64,000 bases of DNA, from contig OY969585.1 of NCBI GenBank assembly GCA_963701295.1, positions 3,579,694-3,643,693 on the forward strand, in the 5' to 3' direction. This document shows positions 31,052 through 40,870 of the stretch, piece by piece (positions within the stretch are counted from its first letter, which is position 1; the number at the start of each line of letters is the position of its first letter). Below the pieces are notes generated by a model. It did not search any database, had not been told where the DNA came from, and saw only the letters and a list, made by a program, of their open reading frames with translations. This stretch comes from Ignavibacteriota bacterium (GTDB lineage: Bacteria; Bacteroidota; Ignavibacteria; UBA10030). The translations under genes were made by a program, and so were the position numbers.

Positions 31052-31792
31052 TCAATTATTCCTTTCAATCACTTCATAGTTTTGTTTCTCCAGCCAACTC
31101 AAAAATTGTTTTGGGTTTGAAAAATGTGGGGGTATAGCACTTCTTTGAATATATCCATCTTTAACTGAAAGCCCACCCCATTTCTTAAGCAAATCCTTTG
31201 TTACGCGATATGCTCGATTTCGATATTCTCCCACTAAAATGCTAGATTTTAATCTTCCCGATATCCCTCTTTGAGCACGAACTACGATATCCTGCATCCC
31301 TATTTCAATTTTCCTCGTATGAGCATTCTCAATATACAAATTTCGATGAATGTTTTTTACACTCACCACTTGCTCGACAAAATAAATTCCAACAAGTCCA
31401 TACCATAATGGATATTTAAATTCCTCAACAGGCCTAAGACCTGCGTAGAAAACTATAAAATCATCTTTCTGCAGCTTTGCAATACCCGATCCTCTGCGAT
31501 TTCCATTGTCACCATATGTGAGAAAAGAAAAATCTGGATCGAGATGAATAGCTTGACCATTTAATCTTTTCTCAGGACAATGTATGTCATCAAATGATAT
31601 TAAATGACTTTTGCAAAATACTTTTAATGGTTCTTTGAATTCTGTATAAGTTTTTCTCATACCTTTTCGAAAAGCGAACCGTGGATTTTCCGGAATTGGG
31701 AAATACACAAACTCTCCTGATTGTTTAGATACTGGAGCATTCCAGCCACCAAATGACCGATCGATTCCAATTCTGACCAAGATTGCATTCAT
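31052..31792 (-). CDS. Nucleotide modification-associated domain 3 (Nmad3) protein
   Basis: VRIGIDRSFGG, FVYFPIPE, HLDPDF, TYGD, DFIVFYAGL, ENAH; RBS GAGGG before ATG 31792. Confidence 0.8.
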   Translation of the reverse strand: MNAILVRIGIDRSFGGWNAPVSKQSGEFVYFPIPENPRFAFRKGMRKTYTEFKEPLKVFCKSHLISFDDIHCPEKRLNGQAIHLDPDFSFLTYGDNGNRRGSGIAKLQKDDFIVFYAGLRPVEEFKYPLWYGLVGIYFVEQVVSVKNIHRNLYIENAHTRKIEIGMQDIVVRAQRGISGRLKSSILVGEYRNRAYRVTKDLLKKWGGLSVKDGYIQRSAIPPHFSNPKQFLSWLEKQNYEVIERNN

Positions 31793-31930
31793 TTTTCCCT
31801 CGTGCAATCTTTTATTAGTAGATACGATCCGAATACCACTATATCTATTTTGCAATTGAAACTTCCATTGCATATTTCCGACATATTCACTTTTTGCTTC
31901 GATTATGGCTTTACACAACTTATAAATGGC

Positions 31931-33850
31931 TCAACTCAAGTGCGTAGAATCGTGAATGTCATAATTTGGATCACTTTCCAGTTTAGTGAAATATAACTCA
32001 TTGATGATTTTCGAGCGGACTAAAATATCGTCTATGTTTCTTTCTGGAAAATATTGTAGATAAAACATAACATACTGAAGAACCGAATCAACAATCTCGT
32101 TTAATCGCATCCCATAATGCACATTGTATTCGTGATCATATTCGGCGCTATGAACGATTTTATTTCTGAATCTATAGATAGTAGTCAACTCAAATTTCAA
32201 TCTCTCTTTTTCCTTTAAAAGCAGTTTTAAGAGTGCCTTTTTGTTTTGACTAAGCATTAGAATCTCATTTGCTCTTTCAACAACATACCGGTCACGCACA
32301 TACTTTGTTATCTCAGGAATATCTTTACAAAACATCTTATAGCTCCAATGATATACACCTATATTATAGTCTAAACCATATTTTGAGGCTAACTTTTCGT
32401 CATCTATTTTTAAATACCCGTTAGCGACCTGACTTTGTAGTAGTGCGAATAAATTGCCCTGCAATTCATCAAAATATTTATTTAAACAAATTGCGGGAAT
32501 ATATTTCAGAATTGCATCTATTACTTTATCTCCCTTCCTTCGGACCAAATATTCTAAGGCAATCCACAAACTCATAAAATGTTCTTCAAAATGTTTCGCC
32601 TCTTTCGCTTTATGAACCCAATGCAAAGCCTGATAGATCCTATTGTTTGATAATACTTCAGACTTTAATCCATAATTTTTACCTTGCTGCTCAACGAATT
32701 CAATATCATCCTTGTGGAGAGCGACTATATCAACGCCCTCATAATAAGATTTGTATTTTGGCAATCCTTCCCAAAGATCAGGCATTTGATGGATTGCCTG
32801 ATCCGAAGTGTTTAATAGTGCCCAAGATTTTGATACATCAATTTTTCCAGAATTAGTGTTTGAATAATTGTATCGATATTTCAGGAAGTCAGTAGATTTA
32901 TAGATCTCACGTTTTGCCTCGGAGAGAATATTAAAACAGTCGATACCCTCGCCAACAAATGACGCTCGTAAAAAGGGTTTATTGCGCTCTTCTTTCTCTA
33001 AAGATGTAAACACCCAAATCACCTTATCATCTTCTGATTTTCCTTCTATATCAAGAGGCGGATGAAAATCCACGTCACCAATTCTTATTTGTTCATTTTG
33101 CTTTGCAGATGCACCCAGGATTAAAAACATTGCTTTTGCCTTAAATCTTGGTGCATTGTAGAGACGCAATAGATAATCGAATCTTGCTGCTACCGGTGTG
33201 TTTTCTTCTATGTCATAATCAAGATTTGTCCCCCAATATTTTCCTTTGAAAACCGGCAGACTCTGATTGTTTGATATCCGTCCCTTGTTAAAAAGGTTGT
33301 TTGGAATGTTGATAATAGTGTCAATAGTGAATCCTTTTTCGACTAACTCAACAATCATAAGTTGACTAAGAATTTTCAATTCTTGTATTGACGGGTTCGG
33401 ACTTTGAAAAACTATATTTCTGAGTTTAACAAATATTTCTGTAAAGTATTTTTCTTCGCTTAGTTTGTCTAGTAAGTATTTTGAGAGTAGAATAATCTCA
33501 GTGTGGTTTGTCTCGTTTTTTGTTGTTGTATTTATTGATTTGACCAGTTGACCAAGTTCAGTGTTGAACATTTTCATTGCAATTGAATCGAAAGATTTTG
33601 CATAATTGAGTTTAAGATTCAATTGCTCTTTGATACCAACAATAGATTTTTCCTTGGATGTTGAAAAACAGACATCTTCAATGATCTGTTTCAGAACTAT
33701 CCTAAGACTTATCGGTTCAAAGCGGTAGAAATAATGATTTCGTTCATCTTCCCAAAGATTTGACCATACTTTTGACCACAATTTGAGATTGCTAGGAGCC
33801 TCGACTGTTTTGTAGCCATCCCAGATGTATGGAGAATTTCTTGACCACAT
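31931..33850 (-). CDS. HEPN-domain protein (ApeA-like), predicted RNase effector
   Basis: ALHW...FMSLWIALEYL helix and RxxxxH motif (YRFRNKIVHSA) near the C-terminus. Confidence 0.75.
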   Translation of the reverse strand: MWSRNSPYIWDGYKTVEAPSNLKLWSKVWSNLWEDERNHYFYRFEPISLRIVLKQIIEDVCFSTSKEKSIVGIKEQLNLKLNYAKSFDSIAMKMFNTELGQLVKSINTTTKNETNHTEIILLSKYLLDKLSEEKYFTEIFVKLRNIVFQSPNPSIQELKILSQLMIVELVEKGFTIDTIINIPNNLFNKGRISNNQSLPVFKGKYWGTNLDYDIEENTPVAARFDYLLRLYNAPRFKAKAMFLILGASAKQNEQIRIGDVDFHPPLDIEGKSEDDKVIWVFTSLEKEERNKPFLRASFVGEGIDCFNILSEAKREIYKSTDFLKYRYNYSNTNSGKIDVSKSWALLNTSDQAIHQMPDLWEGLPKYKSYYEGVDIVALHKDDIEFVEQQGKNYGLKSEVLSNNRIYQALHWVHKAKEAKHFEEHFMSLWIALEYLVRRKGDKVIDAILKYIPAICLNKYFDELQGNLFALLQSQVANGYLKIDDEKLASKYGLDYNIGVYHWSYKMFCKDIPEITKYVRDRYVVERANEILMLSQNKKALLKLLLKEKERLKFELTTIYRFRNKIVHSAEYDHEYNVHYGMRLNEIVDSVLQYVMFYLQYFPERNIDDILVRSKIINELYFTKLESDPNYDIHDSTHLS

Positions 33851-33949
33851 ACTCTATCTACTTACCCTAAAAATTCTTTTATATTTTCCCCATATCCACT
33901 ATGCTTTGTGGTTGAATGATGGAGATGAAATAACGCATTGAATTAAATG

Positions 33950-34636
33950 TTATGCAATCGGAATCACCTTAACAAGTATATTGGAATAATCAATTAAATA
34001 TATCTCTTTAAACCTTTTCTGCTGATTTGTTACTCTATCCAACTGAACCACTAGTCTGCTTATTAATTTACTGTAATAATCTTTTATGGTTTTGTTAAAT
34101 CTTGATTCGGTAACGACCAATAAAACATCGATATTAATGTAATTAATGTTTTTCGTTTTCTTTTCAATTGCTTTGATTATTTGGTCACTTTCTTCGTGCA
34201 AAGCACTATCCTCAGACCGCAGTCCTCTTTTTTGCGATATAGAACCATCTTTATTTCTTTCAAAACGACCGACACCTAGAGAGAATCCTTCTTTTATAAG
34301 CTTTTCTTTTTGAAGTGCGGAATTATAACTAAACGATGCCGTGGTAATCTGAATTGTTTCTATGCAATTATCGTTGCAATCCACTATTTCAGCGTCTATT
34401 TTTCTTCCGTTTTCGCATAGAAATATTAAATAGTTATTGCCAGGATATTTTAAGGAAGAATACAAAGATAAGGGGTAATACTCATCCCAAAAATCTTTAA
34501 AAAATCTATCTTTCCCTTTCTTTAAGACAAAACTTTCATACTCTTCTCTTGGCACTGAATTAAATATTTCATCGCAAAACAACTTCGCTTCGTTAATATC
34601 CCTTTTTACTCTTAAAATATTTGCTGAATATTTCAT
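33950..34636 (-). CDS. Hypothetical protein, restriction-endonuclease-fold-like
   Basis: IDAEIV...IQITTA (D...QxT variant), AIEKKTK...Y...LLVV and FKEIYLID patterns. Confidence 0.5.
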   Translation of the reverse strand: MKYSANILRVKRDINEAKLFCDEIFNSVPREEYESFVLKKGKDRFFKDFWDEYYPLSLYSSLKYPGNNYLIFLCENGRKIDAEIVDCNDNCIETIQITTASFSYNSALQKEKLIKEGFSLGVGRFERNKDGSISQKRGLRSEDSALHEESDQIIKAIEKKTKNINYINIDVLLVVTESRFNKTIKDYYSKLISRLVVQLDRVTNQQKRFKEIYLIDYSNILVKVIPIA

Positions 34637-34667
34637 CTAACCTGTAAGTTTGGTAGTTTAAAAATAT

Positions 34668-35495
34668 TCACGACGAAGAAACGTTTTTCGTGAATTTATC
34701 TAAAAGATCATTGTAATCTCGATGTTTGAGCAATGTCTCTACAAGCTCTATCTTTCCTTGACTCTTTCTGTATGATGTAATTAGCTCTCTCCAAGAATCA
34801 TCGTTATACGCTCTGAAAAATGGATTTGCTAGTTCTATCTGTTGGGTCAAAGAACTCATTTCCAACAAATGTGGTTTTACGAAATCTGGAAATGTGCGCC
34901 GCTTCAGATTATCCGTGAAGAACTCAAACGATCTTATATGAATTGAATGTTCATCAGAAAAATGATTTCTTCTCTCTAACCATTGGTGACTGTTTTTTCT
35001 TGTTCCTATAATAACCGTAAATGTTAATCTTTCAGATGGTATAATGCCACGATTATAAAATGGAAATATTTTATGGAATTCATTTCTGTTCTCTTTGATC
35101 CAATCTCTCCAATTGTCAATCTGTTGAACAGCAGCCATAAGTCTCGCAGAAGGATTCCCCCTTTTGGTATATGGAGGCGTTCCAGGTGTTTCAATCTCTA
35201 TGAATTCATACTGAATGCCTGCGCTTAGGCGATCATAGGTTTTAACAAAATCAACAATAAAATCTGAACCAAGTCTGAGCTTGGAGATGACTATACTTTC
35301 ATCATCAAATAACCGCGCTAAGAAGAATCCGGCGTGCTTTGAAAGGAAGCTATGATACACTTCCTCTTTAGCGTTTTCACTCAAGAGTCTGTTCCATTCG
35401 TTTTCAAGTTTTATTACAATGTCCCTTTTTTCACGATGTAGTAGTGACCAAGAATAATAATTATTGTCGGTAGAGCAAGGATTTTTCAATTTCAC
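34668..35495 (-). CDS. Shedu (SduA/DUF4263) anti-phage nuclease domain protein
   Basis: EEVYHSFL, KLRLGSDFIVDFV, FIEIETP, AAVQQIDNW, VIIGTR, IRSFE; GTG start overlaps the RM gene stop. Confidence 0.82.
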   Translation of the reverse strand: MKLKNPCSTDNNYYSWSLLHREKRDIVIKLENEWNRLLSENAKEEVYHSFLSKHAGFFLARLFDDESIVISKLRLGSDFIVDFVKTYDRLSAGIQYEFIEIETPGTPPYTKRGNPSARLMAAVQQIDNWRDWIKENRNEFHKIFPFYNRGIIPSERLTFTVIIGTRKNSHQWLERRNHFSDEHSIHIRSFEFFTDNLKRRTFPDFVKPHLLEMSSLTQQIELANPFFRAYNDDSWRELITSYRKSQGKIELVETLLKHRDYNDLLDKFTKNVSSS

Positions 35496-38383
35496 TATTC
35501 CTCCACAATCTTTATCTCTTCTTCCGTCAAGTCGTATAGCTCATACACACGTTCATCGATTTGACGGTTTAAGGTTTCGCATTGCATTTCGAGACGATTT
35601 GCTTCTGCTTCGGTTTTGGCATTCGATAATTTCTCTTTTGCATCCAACATCTGTTCGACAAATCTCACGATGTGATCGTGGCGAGACTTGTCTTGTGAAT
35701 CTTTAAAGTTGATTGTGCGGATGGGAAGCAGTTTAAGATCACCCACTGAAAGCCGCGGGAAGTTATCCTTCACAATTTTATTAGACACTAAAGGATATAG
35801 AAAAGAAAGTAATTTTGAGTTCAAGACACCAAGTAAATATTTTATCGAATAGCTCTCACCATTGATACAAATAATATTTAGAATTGTTTTGTAATTACAA
35901 TAAGTTTCTTCTACATAAGTTGCACATATTTTATAATCTCCCTTTCCAGTTATTTCTCTGATTAGGATTCGTGGACCAGACAACCATTCCATTGTTCTAT
36001 AATCGTGCAACCAAGGACCATATTTAATCCACTCGCGCTTTTGCCATTGTAGAGTATATCTACCCACATCGCTCCCGGATAATTCCATCAAATATTCCTT
36101 ACTCAGCCTTTTGGTTGAATGGAATATACGATCTTCAATTTGTTGCTTTGTATGTTTGCTACTATTATAAGCTTGAGTTCCTAATGATGCTCTTGCTATT
36201 TGGCCTAATGGCTTTGCTTTTGAGGATATTGACTGAAGTAAAGATTCAATTTTACCCGCTATTCGAGTCTCAAATCGAAACAAGGGATTTATTTCCCATA
36301 TTTTCTGATTAAATAAAACAGGTTCAACAGAATTCAACATATCAATAGCAAATTCTTTGGGAAACGTCCATACAAATACTGTGTTATCGTTTTTATTGTT
36401 GATACTTTTTCTTTTTAATATTGTAACAGAAGTATCAACATTGGCTGCTTCAAAGACCTTATGATTAAAGATTAATAGCTTGCCTAATGCAGTATTCGCA
36501 AGAACGTATTCTCTGAGTTTATCTGTAAATTGAAGGGTATACCAAGTATTCGGTGTGATATAACCCAAATATCCATTTTCCTTAAGTAATGATATAGCCT
36601 TTTCGATGAAGAGATGGAATAGATCTGCCTTATATTTAAAACTTGAATACTTCTTTTCAAGATATTCAATAGCACTGTCCTCAAAATCATCCTTTAGAAT
36701 AATCCGATACGGCGGATTTCCTACCACTGAATCAAATCCTCCACGCTTCATCACAGCAGAGAACGCATCTTCAAAATTCATCGGCTTCAACTTGTTTTCA
36801 TCTACATCAGCAAAGAGTTGACCATCAATAATATCACGAGCTATAAGCGAATTACCGTTGATGATGTTATTCCGCAAGTCCGGCAAGATCGTTTCCTTAA
36901 ACATCCCAAATTGGTGCGCATCGTGCATCGTTACATCTTCCAACAATTTGAGATAAAGTGAAAGCTGAGTTACTTCCGTTGCCTGAAAGTCGATATCAAC
37001 TCCATACACATTGTTCAGCAGTATCTCTTTTTTCTTCTTTAAGGTCAGGTGCAGTTTGCCATCCCGTTCAAAGACATCTGCTTCCTTCTGCTTTTCGGGA
37101 TGCGCAACATAATAGCGGGTATGATACTCTAAAAGCTGATTATACACTTCAATCAAGAAAGATCCGCTTCCGCAGGCAATATCGGCAAATGTCATCTCTG
37201 TAATTTCTTTAGGAGTTTTCCCCTCTATGAGTTTCCCTACCGTTTCACTTACGATATACCGAACAATATACTCCGGTGTATAATACACACCGCCGGCTTT
37301 ACGCACTTCCGGTTTCTCTTCTACCTTCACACGCTTGTCTGTGGCGTGCACTACCTTGCCAAGAAATCTTTCGTAGATACTGCCAAGAATAGAAATAGGA
37401 ATTTGATCGAAATTGTAAGGTGAATGAGGATCCGATAATTCACGGCAGATATCGCCAAACTCTTCATCATCCGGTGGAACAAACTCTTTTTCATCCAGCA
37501 CTTTATGCGGTTTGAAAACGAGTCCGTTATACTTTGGATCCAACTGTTTACAAAGTTCAAGAAATCCTTTCCACGCAGACTTCTTTGAGGCCAGTTGAAT
37601 AATTACAGGTTCTTCTATCTGCTTATCTTCAAGAAAACGGATAAAGACTAACCGATCAATAATCCGCTGGACAGCTTCTGTGAGTTCTTCGCTTTGGAGA
37701 TTAGGATTGGATTTCTTAAATGCTTTCGCTAACACTTCTCGGTATTTATCTAACTCTTCTAAGAACGCCTCATCGACCGGTTGATAGCCGCCTTTGATAG
37801 CTTTTCCTCTTAGCTTTGGCAGTTCGGCTACACGTTTTTCAATAGAACCACTTGCTACTGCTTCGCGTGAAAAGAGCCAATAGATACGAGAGAACTTTTC
37901 CTCATTTGCATAATCGCTGTAATGGAAGTATTCGATCTTATGAATCATCACATTTTTGATGTTTGGCTTAAAGCGGCAATCAAGGATGTGGAATTCTTCG
38001 AAGTCCGTAAGTATTGCGATGGGAGTATTGGCATTCCATCCATAGCGAATGGTTTGATAGTAATCATCAGGATTGGCGAGGTTGCGAGATGGTTTTTTCG
38101 CTTCGACAAAGAATTTTGGATCGCGGAAATTCGGTGCAAGAAAGAATGCATAATCGGAACGGCGCTGTGAACCTGCCATATGCACTTTGTTCTCGATATG
38201 AACCTCCTGCTGATATGGATTCATTTGAACATTGTGTGTTACGTCCCATCCGAGGGCAGTAAAAAATTTATCAATAAAGTCCTGCCGTATCTGGCTTTCC
38301 TGATACCCAGGAGAGAGATAGGCTGATTCTTGCGCTTTGAAGTTTGCAACGAGTTGCTTTATAGTATCGAATGCTTTATTCAT
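35495..38383 (-). CDS. Type IIG restriction-modification enzyme (Eco57I/TaqI-like fused REase-N6 adenine MTase-TRD)
   Basis: N-terminal SDY...VEAKKP nuclease; GVYYTPEYIV; DIACGSGSFL (SAM binding); GNPPY; TaqI_C-like tail. Confidence 0.92.
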   Translation of the reverse strand: MNKAFDTIKQLVANFKAQESAYLSPGYQESQIRQDFIDKFFTALGWDVTHNVQMNPYQQEVHIENKVHMAGSQRRSDYAFFLAPNFRDPKFFVEAKKPSRNLANPDDYYQTIRYGWNANTPIAILTDFEEFHILDCRFKPNIKNVMIHKIEYFHYSDYANEEKFSRIYWLFSREAVASGSIEKRVAELPKLRGKAIKGGYQPVDEAFLEELDKYREVLAKAFKKSNPNLQSEELTEAVQRIIDRLVFIRFLEDKQIEEPVIIQLASKKSAWKGFLELCKQLDPKYNGLVFKPHKVLDEKEFVPPDDEEFGDICRELSDPHSPYNFDQIPISILGSIYERFLGKVVHATDKRVKVEEKPEVRKAGGVYYTPEYIVRYIVSETVGKLIEGKTPKEITEMTFADIACGSGSFLIEVYNQLLEYHTRYYVAHPEKQKEADVFERDGKLHLTLKKKKEILLNNVYGVDIDFQATEVTQLSLYLKLLEDVTMHDAHQFGMFKETILPDLRNNIINGNSLIARDIIDGQLFADVDENKLKPMNFEDAFSAVMKRGGFDSVVGNPPYRIILKDDFEDSAIEYLEKKYSSFKYKADLFHLFIEKAISLLKENGYLGYITPNTWYTLQFTDKLREYVLANTALGKLLIFNHKVFEAANVDTSVTILKRKSINNKNDNTVFVWTFPKEFAIDMLNSVEPVLFNQKIWEINPLFRFETRIAGKIESLLQSISSKAKPLGQIARASLGTQAYNSSKHTKQQIEDRIFHSTKRLSKEYLMELSGSDVGRYTLQWQKREWIKYGPWLHDYRTMEWLSGPRILIREITGKGDYKICATYVEETYCNYKTILNIICINGESYSIKYLLGVLNSKLLSFLYPLVSNKIVKDNFPRLSVGDLKLLPIRTINFKDSQDKSRHDHIVRFVEQMLDAKEKLSNAKTEAEANRLEMQCETLNRQIDERVYELYDLTEEEIKIVEE

Positions 38384-38458
38384 AGGTTTTCATAATAGCT
38401 TATGCTACCCATCTGTCATATCGATAACAACTAACTCAAGCCACTCCATTTAAAGTTG

Positions 38459-39391
38459 TTATTGCCAATAATCTTCGGGGTAAGGAAAATCAGAATCATA
38501 ATCTTGTTCAAAACTATGATATTTACTAAAACCATCAATTTCAGGAAACAACGTTGCAACAGAATATCCAAAAAGACCATTCCAATAGTCTGATTCCATT
38601 GAATTCATATCTTCTTTCAATTCCGGAGTTATAGCAATCGGAACAAGACCATATTGGAAATCCCAAATTTTAGGACTAGGAATACCAACACTTTTAACTG
38701 GCACACTTCCCCATTTTTCTGCAATCGGTTCGCAGATTAAGAAAATACCTTGCTGAACTTTCATCCTCTGGAAAATATGGATTGGTTCCCAAAAACATAT
38801 CCGATTCTTATACTTTTTCAAAAATTCACCAATTGGAAGCATTATATCGCTGTAATTGATAATTCTTTTTGCCTTTTGCATTTGTGTGATTAGTCGACCA
38901 GTAAAAACCACGCCAACTTCATCTTTATGTGATTGACAAGCAAACCATAGGGCTACAAATGCATTTTTTGTGAAATCTAATAAACGAGTTGCAGCACCAT
39001 AATGTTGGAGGACTGAAAGTAATTCCAGATCATATAATCTTCGCCCATTTTGATAGTCATAACCCATTCTCCGAGCTTCATTTAACAACCGCTGTTCATA
39101 TTGATTTATTGAGGACTGCAAAACATTGGTTTTATATGAAATTGGTGCAGGAGTGCTATTAATCCCTCCTTTATCTGCCCAGCCATAATTAAGTAATCGT
39201 CGGACACCCGAAGGGTGTAACGCCCAATTTATTTTAGATTGACCACGCCATATGGCATTACCACCGATTACGTCTGCCAAGTAAGAGACAAACTTTGAGT
39301 ATTGACCAAAATCCTTCGGAGCCCAAACTTTTCCGTAAAGTTTTGTTTCCACTTTTGGTAATATTTTATAATCAATTTTATTATCCCACAT
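38459..39391 (-). CDS. FRG domain protein
   Basis: WRGQS...LHPS...LQHYGAATRLLDFTKNAFVALWFAC...RMKVQQGIF. Confidence 0.9.
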   Translation of the reverse strand: MWDNKIDYKILPKVETKLYGKVWAPKDFGQYSKFVSYLADVIGGNAIWRGQSKINWALHPSGVRRLLNYGWADKGGINSTPAPISYKTNVLQSSINQYEQRLLNEARRMGYDYQNGRRLYDLELLSVLQHYGAATRLLDFTKNAFVALWFACQSHKDEVGVVFTGRLITQMQKAKRIINYSDIMLPIGEFLKKYKNRICFWEPIHIFQRMKVQQGIFLICEPIAEKWGSVPVKSVGIPSPKIWDFQYGLVPIAITPELKEDMNSMESDYWNGLFGYSVATLFPEIDGFSKYHSFEQDYDSDFPYPEDYWQ

Positions 39392-39501
39392 ATGATTTCA
39401 GCCTAACAATTAGGCTTCGATAACGCGAATATTCATATTGAACTACCAATCCCATTCCATATTAACATACTTCATCCAATATTTATTTCTCTTTGTTGTC
39501 T

Positions 39502-40380
39502 TTAATAATACGTATAATCAAATTTCAAGAATTCAATTGGTTCATTCGAAGAGGAAAAAGATCTCAATTCAATCAACATCCCGTCCATTGCATACTTAAA
39601 GGTTGTAGTCTTGGCTAATTTATTTGAATATTGTAAATATTCTCTGACCTCCACGATGAACCTGTTGCTATCATAAACCGATACAGTTGTAAGAGCAGGT
39701 ATATCGCTTATATCATCAAAAGTTTGTTTAGTTGATTCAATTATCTTTCCATAGTCATCATATCTGAAAGTAATTGTGACCTTTGTCCATCTGTGCGCAC
39801 GGGTTCTTTCCTCAATACCAGTTGAGTCAACAACAAGCCCCTTTCCATTAAATTTAACTGTCCATTTGAAGTCGTCTTCCTCGATTAGATCTCCAAACTT
39901 GTCACATTTAAAAGTTTTTTGCCTATTTAAATCCACGGTGTTTCCATTCCGATACTCGGTGATTTGAACGTTTCCCACATTATCATATAGAAATATTTGC
40001 TTGATCTTAAAAGGAACGCTTTGAAGTTGTTCATCCTTACAAACGGTAACTACTATTCGTCCCAGATTATCGTATTCCATATGCCAGTGATCTGACATAT
40101 CGCCGCTTTCAGTGTAAAGCATTTCTTCAATCCTATTACCGTGCTGATCAAATTGACTAAATGTAGATTTCTTCGCTATAGAATCGACTACACCATATCT
40201 AACTTCATAATTCCATTTGGTCATTGTCTTTACCTTGGCAGATTCCATCTTAATTTTAATCGATTTTCTATCGCCCTGCTTCAATTTAGCCATTAGAAGA
40301 TCGTTCAAATCTCTTGTTTGACTGAAGAGGCTGGTTGAAAGTAGGCTGAATCCAAAAATAATAAAAAGAAATTTACCCAT
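39502..40380 (-). CDS. Exported hypothetical protein with YD-like beta-hairpin repeats
   Basis: Signal peptide; repeated (F/Y)DxxGxxIE motifs; ends YTYY; RBS AAGGAG. Confidence 0.7.
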   Translation of the reverse strand: MGKFLFIIFGFSLLSTSLFSQTRDLNDLLMAKLKQGDRKSIKIKMESAKVKTMTKWNYEVRYGVVDSIAKKSTFSQFDQHGNRIEEMLYTESGDMSDHWHMEYDNLGRIVVTVCKDEQLQSVPFKIKQIFLYDNVGNVQITEYRNGNTVDLNRQKTFKCDKFGDLIEEDDFKWTVKFNGKGLVVDSTGIEERTRAHRWTKVTITFRYDDYGKIIESTKQTFDDISDIPALTTVSVYDSNRFIVEVREYLQYSNKLAKTTTFKYAMDGMLIELRSFSSSNEPIEFLKFDYTYY

Positions 40381-40563
40381 ATTTAATCTCCTTAATAGAA
40401 ATCTTATAAACGGCATCTTGCCTTTATAATGACCTTCCAAATATTATATTTCTTTTTTTGCATCAACTAAGTTTATTACTTTTGGGCGGCCTTCTTTTGT
40501 TGGCGTAGAGCTACAACGTCGGCAGCATTTGCTATAAAGGTAATTAAATGGTGCATAAGACAC

Positions 40564-40637
40564 AAAAATAAAAATCCTCGACGCACTACCAGACGCCGAG
40601 GATTAGGGAGGCTAACGCGTTGTTGGGGAAACAACGC
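40564..40637 (-). ncRNA. Candidate ~75-nt sRNA (island copy)
   Basis: GCGTTGTT-TCCCC-AACAACGC, GTTAGCCTCCCT, a 12-bp stem with loop CTGGTAGT, then a T-run; homologous to 61549-61623. Confidence 0.8.
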
Positions 40638-40643
40638 AGGGCT

Positions 40644-40672
40644 ATTGTAAGAATTGTTCGGCTCTTTGTCAA
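40644..40672 (-). promoter_or_regulatory. Consensus sigma70 promoter of the island sRNA
   Basis: TTGACA-N17-TACAAT, 6 nt upstream of the first hairpin. Confidence 0.85.
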
Positions 40673-40687
40673 TTACAATTTTAGCTG

Positions 40688-40870
40688 AATAATAAAGAAC
40701 CCCGATATCATAACAGATATCGGGGTCTAAAGGGGAATGGGAGTAAATAAACACCGCGCGCCAACACAGTGATGCTACTGAAAAATAGCCGATGATATCG
40801 AAGGGGAACCGATATCAACTACTCCCATTATTATTTTTGATTCGTAAACTTTTATTGTAAGCGTAGTGAT
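40688..40870 (-). ncRNA. Second candidate structured sRNA with two UUCCCCUU motifs
   Basis: AATGGGAGTA/TACTCCCATT closing stem, inner TGATATCG-GTTCCCCTT-CGATATCA hairpin, final ACCCCGATATC/GATATCGGGGT hairpin. Confidence 0.55.

Noticed and set aside
40476-40754. 92-aa ORF or small toxin peptide overlapping the sRNAs (type I toxin-antitoxin idea)
   Set aside because: No convincing RBS or hydrophobic helix, and it runs across a promoter and two hairpins; the chromosomal sRNA copy has no equivalent ORF.
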